This document shows, piece after piece, positions 1 to 11,379 of a stretch of 64,000 nt of DNA. Location: NCBI GenBank assembly GCA_964016885.1, contig OZ024745.1:87854001-87918000 (forward strand), in the 5' to 3' direction. Positions within the stretch are counted from its first letter, which is position 1; the number at the start of each line of letters is the position of its first letter. The DNA comes from Eledone cirrhosa (lineage: Eukaryota). The translations under genes were made by a program, and so were the position numbers. Below the pieces are notes generated by a model. The model worked only from the letters and a program-made list of their open reading frames with translations, made no database searches and had not been told where the DNA came from.

Positions 1-63
1 AGCTCATACACACACTCATACACAGATACACACATACACACATACACACACACACACAGACAC

Positions 64-142
<79 letters not shown>

Positions 143-150
143 TATATAAT
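1..150. repeat. (CA)n/(TA)n microsatellites
   Basis: Directly visible dinucleotide tracts. Confidence 0.95.
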
Positions 151-196
151 ATAATAAATAACAAAGAACGCCTATAGCATATGCATATCTTTACTT

Positions 197-240
197 GCTA
201 ACATTGTTTCATCCGCACTATAAGTGGGACTCATCAGAGC
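197..240 (-). ncRNA. Minimal type-I hammerhead ribozyme
   Basis: Minus strand reads gct CTGATGA GTCC-CACT tat AGTG-c-GGAT GAAA C aat G TT agc: canonical core, stem II hairpin, tiny stem III, GUU triplet, stem I gct/agc. Confidence 0.7.
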
Positions 241-349
241 ATAAAGGTTAATTACATACCACACAAGCAATAACAAATCCAAGACATTGAAGAATGAAAA
301 ATAATAGAAGATAAAGGATATTAAGGAAGTAAAAATAAAAATAAGGATA

Positions 350-559
350 AAAATAAAAATAAAAATAAAAATAAAAATAAAAATAAAAATAAAAATAAAA
401 ATAAAAATAAAAATAAAAATAAAAATAAAAATAAAAATAAAAATAAAAATAAAAATAAAAATAAAAATAAAAATAAAAATAAAAATAAAAATAAAAATAA
501 AAATAAAAATAAAAATAAAAATAAAAATAAAAATAAAAATAAAAATAAAAATAAAAATA
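350..559. repeat. (AAAAAT)n hexanucleotide satellite
   Basis: About 35 perfect units; explains the poly-FL ORF 321..665. Confidence 0.95.
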
Positions 560-889
560 ATAAAATAAACAATGAAAAATAAGGGGTGCTATCAGTCACA
601 GTTGGGCGGGGTGCTGTCAACATATAGTTACATACAAGCATACACATGGATAAGAGAACAGACAAGAGTAGATAAGATAGATAGGATTAGGTAAGAGTAG
701 GTAAAAAATAGGTGAAAAACAGACTTATAATATATATAAGAAAATATAAAAAAATATAACAAACTTACATATAAAATATAAAATATAAAATATACAGATA
801 ATAGTGATACAGGGTAAGGAATGAAATAAAATAATATAAAATTAAAGTTAAAATTATATAAAATTATATAAAAATATATATATATATAA

Positions 890-2257
890 CAAAGGAAATG
901 TGGTAAGGAACCAGATGGACCATAACACACCAGAGTACTCAATACTTAGGGTAGTAGAGTGGGAAATAGGAAAAAGTATGACCCCGACAGCAGAGATCAA
1001 ACCGTTTCGACGGCTATTTCTGGACTAAATTAGAATTTTTACCCTGGTGAATAAATAGCCGAACTTGTCAAGGGGGTACTTCTTTATATGGGAAGATTGT
1101 AGTTGTCAAGAGGATTGGTTAAAATTTGTTGTAAACACAAATAAGTCTATCATGGCATTTGGTGGGGGGTAGGGGTGGCTGAACTTGCCTGTAGAACAAT
1201 AGGGGAGTGAGTGGAGCGGACAAGCGTTGAAAGTGATATGTATACAGCAGATTCTAAGGATAGTGTATGAAGTGGAGGAGGGAGGTTATAGAACAGGTAA
1301 ATCGAATGAGAGTAGGAGACAATAAAAGATAATAGAAATAAATAAAAATTAAATACTATATTTATTGCTGGTCTATATTTTTGAATAAACATATTTTCCT
1401 TATTTATTCGTATTTGTTCTGTTGTATTGTCAGCTCAAAGATAACATGGGAAGACTTGGAATTTGGGTGTCTTATTACTTCCGCATATGTCTAGATGTGC
1501 ACTGAGTGGTATCTGTCTTGTGGTAGGATCTCGTAATTGTTGGCGATGAACTGTCATTCTGTTTCTGAGTGTGAGTTCAGTTTGTCCTATATAATCTTCA
1601 TTGCATCCTTCACATTTAATGGCATGAAGTAGATTTTTTGATGAGCAAGTGAAGTGATTTTTTACTGCAACATTTTGTCCTTATTGAAAGGTATACGCGT
1701 TGGCTTCAATGAGGTGAGTGCAGGTTCCACAATTAGAGCGACAGCAATCTTTGATAGTTGGTTGTGGGTTTGTGATAGGTAATTTGGCATTGGTGAGTAA
1801 TGTTTTTAATGATTTCGGTTGTCTTTTGCCTTTGATTATTTTGTGTGTTTCAAGAGCATTTTTCATTCTTGGGTCTTGTTTAAAATAGTGGAATGTTCTT
1901 TTGAATAGTGTTGTAAGCTTCCGCATTTCTTGGGTTGTGTGTTGAGATATATGATAGAATATTGGACATACCTTGAATTTGTTTGTTTTCGTAATTCATC
2001 AATGCCTATTGCTTTAGCCCTTTCTATTCCATTATTTATTAGTAATGGTGGGTACAGTCTTTCGAGGCATTGTTTGGAATCTGTTGTTTTGTAGTGTATG
2101 TCAGTTTCAATATTTGTGTCTTTTTTAAAGATTAAGATGTCCAGAAATGGGAGTTGATCTTGGCTGTATTCCATTGTAAATTGGATGTGGTTATTGATGC
2201 AGTTAATTAAATTTTTGAAATCATTTAGTTGGTCGTGTGTGTGAGACCAAAGAATGA

Positions 2258-2262
<5 letters not shown>
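890..2262 (-). mobile_element. 5'-truncated Penelope-like retroelement (RT thumb + GIY-YIG, decayed) with HHR-bearing 3' region
   Basis: Fragments FTMEYSQDQLPFLDILI, Cys linker CCRSNCGTC and GIY-YIG AIKC..CNEDYIGQT..LRNRMTVH across frameshifts; flanked by (TA)n on both sides. Confidence 0.85.
971..1084 (-). ncRNA. Extended type-I hammerhead ribozyme with U3-A8 core (UUGACAA)
   Basis: Minus strand: aagaagta-ccccc TTGACAA G..CGGCTATTT [loop] AAATAGCCG.C GAAA CGGT..GCTG TC gggg-tca-tacttttt. All three stems pair; GUC triplet. Confidence 0.75.
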
Positions 2263-2321
<59 letters not shown>

Positions 2322-2714
2322 GTTTCTGTGGGAAAGGAGCGTGCTCTATGTAGGCTACAGAGCTATTTAGTTATGTAATAAACAACATAAGACAATTATT
2401 CCATTTACCAAATGTTTCACGAAGACAACCGAGCTTGACACATACGTTTTGACGAACGATTTCAGACGTCTATATATAACAATATACATAACTATATTTA
2501 TATACATATGATATGCAGACGGAGAGTGCAGTGCACCTTACTGCTGCATTAAGTGTAGCCGAAACTCGAGTCCGGGAACCATTATCGGCACCCATTTTAC
2601 GTGTGGTGTATTGAAGCGAATAACTATGTGGGAATGTATCTGACATTGCCCATTGAGTACGCTGAGATACAACTGGTACTGGCATTGATAAATATGCTGG
2701 GTCCGTCAACTCCT

Positions 2715-2765
<51 letters not shown>

Positions 2766-2775
2766 TAGAGAGAGA

Positions 2776-3320
2776 GAATTGGTGCTCTGAACTAGCGATG
2801 TATATATGAATATATATATAGGATATTTGGCAATACACTGTATGCTTAATTAAAAACATTTTGAAGAACTTGTGCTATGATTTTAAAGTAGTGACTATGT
2901 CACTTACTTCATTTTTCAACAAACAAAAAGAGATAAGCTGACAGATCTGTTTCACACTGTTGGTGATCATCGGAGCTTAGCACTCGCCGATGCCTGTTGA
3001 AAATTATATATGCTAGATTCTAATAGAATTCCAGTAATAATCAGGAACTGATTATACAGAGCGATTGCCGGTCCAGCAAAAATTGAAAATCAGAATTTGT
3101 GCTCTGAAATAGCGATGTATATATGAATATATATATAGTATATTTGGCAATATACTGTATGCTTAATTAAAATCATTTTGAAGACCTTGCCCTATTATTT
3201 GTTTGTTGAAAAAAGAAGTAAGTGACATAGTCACTACTTTAAAATAATAGCGCAAGGTCTTCAACATGTTTTTAATTAAGCATACAGTATATTGTCAAAT
3301 ATACATATATATATTCGTAT
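2776..3320 (-). mobile_element. Non-coding retrozyme-like element: 317-bp monomer, partial second unit and terminal inversion
   Basis: gctctga recurs at 2784 and 3101 with continuing homology; 3195-3320 is an inverted copy of ~2800-2925; one HHR in the unit; no ORF; related element at 51300-51920. Confidence 0.65.
2935..2978 (-). ncRNA. Type-I hammerhead ribozyme (CCGAUGA core)
   Basis: Minus strand: aagct CCGATGA T-CAC caaca GTG-T GAAA CAGATCTG TC agctt. 5-bp stem I, palindromic stem III, GUC triplet. Confidence 0.75.
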
Positions 3321-3446
3321 ACATATCTATATCCAAAATTAAGATAATCAAAATTATGCGTGTCATGCCAGAAAGACATGCGCCATATCACCCGCAAAAT
3401 AAGCTCTCAGATTCTAACGAATAGGTCCGAGCATTTTATAATAACT

Positions 3447-3505
3447 AGATAAAGTTAACCAGAACTTCAAAAATATTTTTGAAGCTCTGGTTAACTTTAT
3501 TTAGA
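3447..3505. repeat. Near-perfect palindrome (~60 bp)
   Basis: ataaagttaaccagaacttcaaaaat / atttttgaagctctggttaactttat. Confidence 0.85.
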
Positions 3506-3612
3506 TACCTACCTAGCTATGTGTGCTTACACACTTGTAAAAATTATCTCCTATGATTATTCATGTTTATTTATATGCTAATCAATTTCTAGTTATTATA
3601 TTCATATATATA

Positions 3613-3709
<97 letters not shown>

Positions 3710-3711
<2 letters not shown>

Positions 3712-4197
3712 TCCCGTTTGACATGTCCACAATCCTTTTCTCGCGGGCACTTGGCCAAGCCGGTATGAATTTTTTTCTCTCTCTCTCTCGTCTGCGACTT
3801 CACAGAACTTATGTTTACCGAATTCGCAGACCAGACCCCTTCTTCCTCCCGTTAGACCTGTGCGAAATTCCTTCCTTGCTCACATTTCAACCAGATTTGA
3901 TGGTCTTTATTCTCTTGTTCACGATTCCACCGAATTTATATTCATAGAAATCTGGGACTTGTTTCCTTCTTCCTCTCTTTCTGCTGCTTAAACCATTTTG
4001 TTTGTTTACCCTAGCGTCCCCTTTATTTACGTGTCCCAACGACTTTTTTTTAGCCGTTGCTCGCACCAACCTGAGGTATATGGCCTTTAATGCGACGAAA
4101 TGCCTACGACGGTTGGATGGCCACTGATGAGGACAAACTTTTTCATATGTAACCCATTTGCAGCGCCGCAGCTCCATTATTATCATATTTACATATT

Positions 4198-4200
<3 letters not shown>
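3710..4200 (+). mobile_element. Repeat fragment between (TA)n tracts, probable PLE-type 3' end
   Basis: Its tail (ccgcagctccattattatcatatttaca) recurs inverted at ~37241-37268; a degenerate CTGATGA GGAC motif lies at ~4124. Confidence 0.4.
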
Positions 4201-4265
<65 letters not shown>

Positions 4266-4394
4266 GAAGCTGAGTAATATTGTAGAACAGTAAAACTAAG
4301 CATATATCAGGTATGTAGCACTCAACAGCTGGTAGAACTGGAGTATGAGTATATATTAAAGAAGCAATTAAGAGATGGTTAAAAAAGTTCCATA

Positions 4395-4464
4395 TATTTT
4401 ATTATGCGCATTTCGAAAACAACATCATCCTGGGACAAAAATTGTGTTCTCATCAGATAAAATA
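4395..4464 (-). ncRNA. Type-I hammerhead ribozyme (left-arm copy)
   Basis: Reverse-complement copy of the 6870-6936 motif, core intact. Confidence 0.8.
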
Positions 4465-4807
4465 AGGTAACATGATATGAGTCCTAAAAACACTTGGCAA
4501 CAGGAAAGTGCAACGTCTACATATGACAGAAATAGAAGAGTAAGAAAAAGATAGTAAAATAGAAGAAAAGGGAAGAAGGAGAAAAAGGAAAAGAAAGAAA
4601 AGAGAGGAAAAAAGCAAAAAAGAAAGAAGGAAGAGAGAGAAAGAGAAAGATATAGAGAGACTTTTGATCAAGGAACGCTGTCAAAATGAAACAAGCTGTA
4701 AATAACGGTTAAAAAGTAAATTGATGAGGTGTATGTGCGAATATTATAGATGGTATTCAAATATTAGAAGTGTAAAATATAGAAACTGGGTATATTATTT
4801 TATATTA

Positions 4808-4996
4808 AGGGCGGTGGATTGGCAGTATCGGTAGAGGGTCGGACACCATGCTTTGAAGCATATAGTTACCTCCCTTTATGATCTGAGTTCAAATCCCGCC
4901 GAGCTTAACTTTACTTTTCATCCTTACAGGGTCGATAAAATAAAGTACCAGTAATACACTGGGATAATTGCTGGCCTTGTGCCAAAAGTAGAAACA
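4808..4996 (+). mobile_element. tRNA-derived SINE (dominant family of this window)
   Basis: A-box TGGCAGTATCGG, B-box GAGTTCAAATCC, body ttcatcctta..gggtcgataaaataaagtaccag; many copies in the window. Confidence 0.85.
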
Positions 4997-6869
4997 ATAT
5001 TTTATATTGGGTTTAAATACTAAAAATTGGATTAAGAAGTGTAAAAATCTATTAATAAAATAAAATAAATTAAATTAAAATAAGTATAAAAAAGGTTTTT
5101 ATAAAATAAAATGAAATAAAAAATAACAATAGTCTATCTATGTCAAAATTAAAAATTTCTGTTAAAAATCTATATATGTGTGGTATACTATTTAATTATT
5201 ATTTTATATCAACAAGTAAATAAAGGAAATTGTTAGAATGATTTATAAACGTAGAAAAATATATGACATCATAATTTGTTTACAAAGTCTACGAAGGTTT
5301 GAACGAAAATTTAAGTCTATAGAAAAAAGGTCAAATACTTAATATATGCTGAGAAAACTAAATTAATACATTGTAGAATATAATGAAATATGTGTAAAAA
5401 ATTAACCGTTATTCGTAGAATATGTTATAGGACATTAGCTATATACTTTGTGAAAGATCTTGAAGGATTTATGATTGCAAAGACCAAATAAATCTGTTCT
5501 TCTATTTATTATTGAGTTGAAATTCGAGATAATGGTAAATTTTTCCACTAGACATAAATTACAAACACTAGATATGGAAGCATTGGAGTATGGAGAAGCG
5601 TTGTAGATTTTACGCCAAGAAATTTGGTAATTAATGTTTTTATCTTTTAAGGACCAAATACGTTTTGAGAGTGCGGTGTTGGTCCTTTTAAGTGGATATT
5701 TAAATGTAGAAGAATGATTATAGAATCTTGTTTTAAAAGAGGTAGAAGTAGAGCCGATGTAGGTATAGGTATTTACATTCGTATACTACGTTTTCATCGA
5801 GACAGAAATTACTAATGGGACAATTAGTTCTAATAGGGCAGTTGCATTTACGATTAAATTTATTTACATTGTTATTGGCAAGTGGCCCAGGATAAATTAT
5901 ATTAGGAACTGGAGTGGTGGAATTAACTAAAGGGGGTGCTAAAGTTTCCAGATTTACATTACTATTTGATGTATTCTTCAAAGTTATGTTTGACGTCGTA
6001 TTTATATTTGTGTTATTTTGCTTAGAGTTTACATTGACGTCGGGCCTTATAGTGTTATTATTATGACTCTCATGGTTGGATGCATATGAGTTATTATTTA
6101 ATATTTTAGAATTATGTCTTGAGATAATTTTGGAAATGTTCGAAGTAGTGGAATATAAGAATTTAATATGCTTATTGAAAATCTTGCTATATATATGTGA
6201 AGGAGGAAAGCTGTTATATAAAGCTCTAAAAAATAATTTAGGGATATTATTAATAACGGAAAGAGAGAAGGGAGCGTTATACCAAAGGATATTTTTATAT
6301 CTAGGTTTACTCCTTTTGTTAGTGGTATGATTATTACTAGCTACATTACTAGAGTTACTATAAGTTCTGCCAACATTAGTTTCCATATTATACCTAATTT
6401 TGTCAGGATATCCAGCCCTAGATAGCGCATTATTATTGGTTGGCATTAGCTTCGAAGATATCTTTTCAGAGGATAAATTAGAAATTATTTTTTCTACACT
6501 TCTGACTATAGCAGTTTTAACATTATTAGGGTGGTTAGATTTAAAGTTAACGTAATTTAAGTACCCATTATCCTTATGATATGGGTAATATAGGCCGGTA
6601 TCTAGATTTTTATTTTTTATTTTATTTTATTTTATTTTATAAAAACCTTTTTATACTTATTTTAATTTAATTTAATTTTATTTTATTAATACATTTTTAC
6701 ACTTTTTTTTTTTTGCCTTTTTTCCTCTCTTCTCTTTCTTTTCCTTTTTCTCCTTCTTCTTCCCTTTTCTTCTATTTTCCTATCTTTTTCTTACTTTTAT
6801 ATTTCTGTCATATGTAAACTTTGCACTTTCCTGTTGCCAAGTGTTTTTAGGACTCATATCATATTACCT

Positions 6870-6936
6870 TATTTTATCTGATGAGAACACAATTTTTGTC
6901 CCAGGATGATGTTTTCGAAATGCGCATAATAAAATA
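6870..6936 (+). ncRNA. Type-I hammerhead ribozyme (right-arm copy)
   Basis: tattttat CTGATGA GAA..TTC GAAA TGCGCA TA ataaaata: 8-bp stem I, palindromic stem III TGCGCA, AUA triplet. Confidence 0.8.
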
Positions 6937-6968
6937 TATAGAACTTTTTTAACCATCTTTTAATTTCT

Positions 6969-7015
<47 letters not shown>

Positions 7016-7019
7016 TATA

Positions 7020-9907
7020 TATAACAAAATACATCCTCCACTTGCCACCCTTTCCTCGCCCAATCCCTTATCCACTTCATCCTTTACCTCAATCGCCTCC
7101 TTTTCAATTTCCTCACTTCCGTAAAAAATCATAAACTCGACTCTCTCCGCACCCCGCCTGCCGTCACCACCCATACTCATACCACCTCCAGCCCTAACCC
7201 CTCTACCCCGTCACCTACCACTGAATATGCACACGCTTTGCCGAACCACCTCCGTCACTTTCACTCCCTCACGTCCCTGCACTGTAGTCACCATACCCCA
7301 GGACCTACCTCTCTCCGAAGCTGAGCGCTCCCTCTTCGCCCGTGGTTTACGTATTATACCAACCACATCTACCTGCGACGAGTGCCGCACACGCGCCGAG
7401 ACTGAAGGGTCCTTCCGTCGATTAAAGCTAAAAGCATTTTTTCACGACACGCCATCATCAACACAGACGGATGACTTCACTCGTCTTAGTCGCCGGCAAT
7501 CACATTGGACGCCGAGCTCTGGCCAGTTCAGCACCCTCGACTCCCTTGTTGATACTTGCCGACGTACTGTGAATCAGTTCCGTTTCCACCAGCATTCTCG
7601 TCGCTCTAACATCACGCGAACTGAGTTCTCCGCTCTTCGCAACCTTCGGTGTCGCGATGACATTGTCATCAAACCCTCTGACAAAGGTCGCGCCGTGGTG
7701 GTTTGGAGCGCTGACCTCTATAGTAGGGCTGAGGCTCTCCGCCAGCTTCACAATACCCTTTTTTACCGCCCTTTATCCTCCGATCCTACTCCTGGCTACC
7801 AATAACTCGTGTCCTCCACCATCCACGAGCTCATCTCCTCCTCTCACCTAGCCCCCCCCCCCCCCCCACAGGCACCAACCTTATTGTACGCATCCCTCAC
7901 ACACCCACCATCTACTTCCTCCCCCAAAATATACAAACAAAATAATCCTGGCCGTCCTATCGTTTCTGCCTGCAACTGCCCCACCGAGATAATTTATGAT
8001 ACAATCCTTGCCCATTGGTCGGCAATCTCCCCTCCCACATCCACGATACAAATCATGCCCTTCAACTCTTTCTCCTTCCATGCTGGTCCCTCCCGCCTTA
8101 TCTTTACCCTGGGCATCACTTTTCTCTATACCGTCATCCCACATGATGACGGCCTCCACGTTCTCCAACATTTTTTAGATTTACGCCCTACCCCTTCCCG
8201 CTGCACTACCACTCTTCTCCGTCTGGCTGAGCTTCTTCTCACCCATAATGGATTTTCTTTTTCGGGTGAATTTGGTCTCTGGGGTAGCGATGGGAACCAG
8301 AATGGGTCCAAACTATGCCAACATGTTTGTTGGCTACGTCGACGCCCAGATCTCTCCCAGTACGCTGGACGGACTCCTGAGCTATGTGGTCGTTATATCG
8401 ACGACTGTATCGGTGCCACCACTTTATCACGAGAGCAGCTCGACTGTTTTCTTTCTTTTGTCCAATCTTTTCATCCTGCTCTCAATTTCACCGCCTCCGC
8501 CTCCGATTCTTTTATCGCTTTTCTAGATATCTCTCTATCTATTAATCACTCTCATCACACCTTCTCTACTTCCATCTTCATTAAACCAACAGACTCCCAA
8601 TCTTATCTCGACTTCACCTCCTCCCATCCAACCCAAACCAAACACTCCATACCCTATTCCCAATTCCTCCCTCTTCGTCGATTCGAAACCCATTCCCTTA
8701 GCATGGCTTCCTGCTTCATCCAGCGTTATACACGCTGCTCTCACACGCGCCCTTGATCCAAGCTGCTCTCCACGCGCCCGCACCACAATCCTCTAACCTC
8801 ACCCCCGCCCTCCCAACACCCGTGTACCTTTCCCTCTCACCTACCACCCCATCACTCTACCACTCCGGCGACATATCCTCCGTTCCTTCCGTATCCTCTC
8901 TTCTGACCCCGTCACTTCTCACTTTTTTTCAAACCCACCCATTACTGCTTTAAGCGCGCCCGCAACCGCCGCGACCTCCTGGTTCGCAGTTCCTTTTCGT
9001 CCTCTCCCACGACTTCACCCGGATCTCATCCTTGTTCCCGTTTCCGCTGCAACACTTGTCCCTTTATTTTCACCCTCACCACTCTTACAGGGCCTAATGG
9101 CTCTTTCCGTATCGGCCATTTCTTCACCTGCACATCCACCCACGTTGTCTATGCTCTCCGGTGTTCCCTTTGCGGGTCTTAATATATCGGACAAACGGGA
9201 CGCCGTATGGCGGACCGTTTCGCCGAACATTTGAGGAACATCAGACTCGGTTTGGATACTCTTGTCGCCCGTAATTTCTGTTATCCTGGTCATTCTTCCC
9301 TACAGGTTTCAGTCCTAGGTGTCCTTTTACATCATGGATCACAGGCCTCACGCACTAGGAATGAACAAAGTCTGATTCACCTCCTCGATTTCTCTAATAC
9401 CCCGTCCATTATCACACCCCTAGATTCCTATCGCTTTCTCTTGATCATTAATCGCTTCTCTTACAACTAATACATGCCGATACACACCCTTATATTAACA
9501 TACTTTTGCTCATATCTTCATACGGACCTATAATAACACACACACACACGCACAGCCACACTCACACACACACAAACAAATGCTTACGCACGTGCTCAAG
9601 TTTAGCTCATTTTACATTTTACATTTCAGGTAGACGCGCTCCATCATCCAATTTTCTAAAAAACAAATCATACACAACAGTTTTGGAAGAGATGTCAACA
9701 TGAATGGACATGTTATTTTTATCTAAAGAAATGTTTTCCAATTCCATCCCACCCGTCCTCTCAATCTATTTTATTTCTCATTCCTTCTTCTGATGAAGGA
9801 CTAGAGTCGGAAACGTTAAGACCCCCTTCCTGCTATATCAAGCGTGAACCTAATATATACCATCCATATACTGTACCGATTGTGTTGTCATTTCTGTTTA
9901 GCTTTTA
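7020..9907 (+). mobile_element. Near-full-length Penelope-like element (Neptune-like), ORF disrupted
   Basis: IVIKPSDKG, PGRPIVS, GVAMGTRMGPNYAN, RYIDD, FLDI, then C..RC.TC linker and GIY-YIG VVYALRC..YIGQTGRRMADRFAEH across frameshifts (~7207-9400); HHR in the 3' end; ends in (TA)n. Confidence 0.9.
9786..9821 (+). ncRNA. Minimal hammerhead ribozyme
   Basis: tctt CTGATGA A-GGAC taga GTCG GAAA CG TT aaga; the homolog at 46913-46948 has GTCC in stem II. Confidence 0.7.
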
Positions 9908-9951
9908 CATATATATATAAATATATATATGTATATATACACATACACCAT

Positions 9952-9990
<39 letters not shown>

Positions 9991-10376
9991 TGTAGGATTT
10001 TCAATAATCTGTTAATATTTTGATTATTCTTGAATACAACCATAACTTCTTACCATGATTTATAGTATGTAGACATTTCCGTATTTCCAATGTTTGTGAT
10101 ATCTTTCTGATATTGGTCTTATTTATTTTATTCTTGATGCGGTAAACATGTTGTTTGACGTTCTACAATGCATGTTTGACGGATAAACACATTTACCTGA
10201 CCTTTCATTACCTCTGCTAGCTTGAAGTATGATTTGTATACATATGTTGCTCTTTACATAAATATATGATTGCACATTTTTTTCGTAAATACAAAGTATG
10301 AATCAATCCTCATTTGTTGAGTTGCATTGTATGAAACCTTTCCAAGTAAAAATATTTATTGTACATATTGTATTAA

Positions 10377-10585
10377 CCCTTTAGCATTTATATTACTATT
10401 TACTATTATATTTTCATGGTAAAGGCTTTACTTCACATACTTATCTCACATATCTATGATACTTCGATATTATTTATGTTGGGAACAATACCGTAACATT
10501 AGTATCAGTGGCCTGTTACAGCCGGGTTGAACAGAATGAGGTGAGAAAATTCTGGCCGGATACGACCGGTTTAAATGCTAAAGAG
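10377..10585. mobile_element. TTAA-flanked MITE (piggyBac-like termini)
   Basis: ttaa|ccctttagcattta ... taaatgctaaagag|ttaa; copies at 45277 and 60182. Confidence 0.75.
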
Positions 10586-11100
10586 TTAAATATATTGATA
10601 TATAAAATACTGTACCAGAAAATTAATGTCCAGCATCTCTAGATGCCTTTATGTGTTTCAATTCAATGTCGCAATAAATTATACATTATTAATAGTCCAG
10701 TTCCTTGTGTATTTTCGTTCACATTTTTGGAGATTTACTAAACTATACATTTTTGGAGACGTTAGGATGTATTGAACACAAACATTAATGTTGCCATTTT
10801 TTTAGGGTTCCGAACATGGCCGCCTTAGGGCTTCAAAATGGCAACCGTTTGAAATCTAAATTTACCAATATATCCACTTCCAAGCCATGTAGCCTTTTAT
10901 TTTCAGTGGCTAAACTTACATTTTAAGGGGCCAGAAGTCTAGAGAAATTGACTACAATCACTTACGTTTAACATGAAGAACATTTAAAAAAATAAAAATA
11001 CCAATTTTAATGACAAAACTGCAAACACCACATGCAAATATGATATTTCTTCTCTAGATCCACTCATAATCAGGATATCGAAACACGAGTCAAACATAAT

Positions 11101-11248
11101 AAAAATAAATTTGTCTTCACGTACCCTTTATTTTAATACATAAAACAAATAAAAATAAATTTGTCTTCACGTACACTTTATTTTAATACATAAAACAAAT
11201 AAAAATAAATGTGTCTTCACGTACACTTTATTTTAATACATAAAACAA
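11101..11248. repeat. 50-bp tandem repeat x3 inside the Academ element
   Basis: aaaaataaat(t/g)tgtcttcacgtac... starts at 11101, 11151 and 11201. Confidence 0.9.
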
Positions 11249-11379
11249 TTTATTCGTGGATACTTTGCTTTTGTCCATTTCCCGATAAAATCAGTCCTGA
11301 CTTTTAACAGGCAGGAATACAAATTTGTGCACACTTTGTTATTGCCACTTTTAGAACGGAACCAGTCATAACCATGATA

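Larger units (their letters stand above)
4262..7000 (-). mobile_element. 5'-truncated Penelope-like element with inverted partial pseudo-LTR
   Basis: ORF 5733..6446 has ILWYNAPFS and KCNCPIRTNCPISNFCLDENVVYEC leading into a GIY-YIG domain; 6610-7000 is an inverted copy of 5040-5120 plus 4360-4650; (TA)n on both flanks. Confidence 0.85.

Noticed and set aside
321-665. Low-complexity ORFs (poly-FL here; poly-YI, poly-VC, poly-I/N elsewhere)
   Set aside because: Translations of microsatellites; no coding evidence.
4808-4900. tRNA gene
   Set aside because: A and B boxes are present, but they continue into a multi-copy SINE body and no full cloverleaf is evident.
11101-11248. Regularly spaced repeats resembling a CRISPR array
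   Set aside because: Head-to-tail 50-bp tandem units without unique spacers, inside a eukaryotic transposon.
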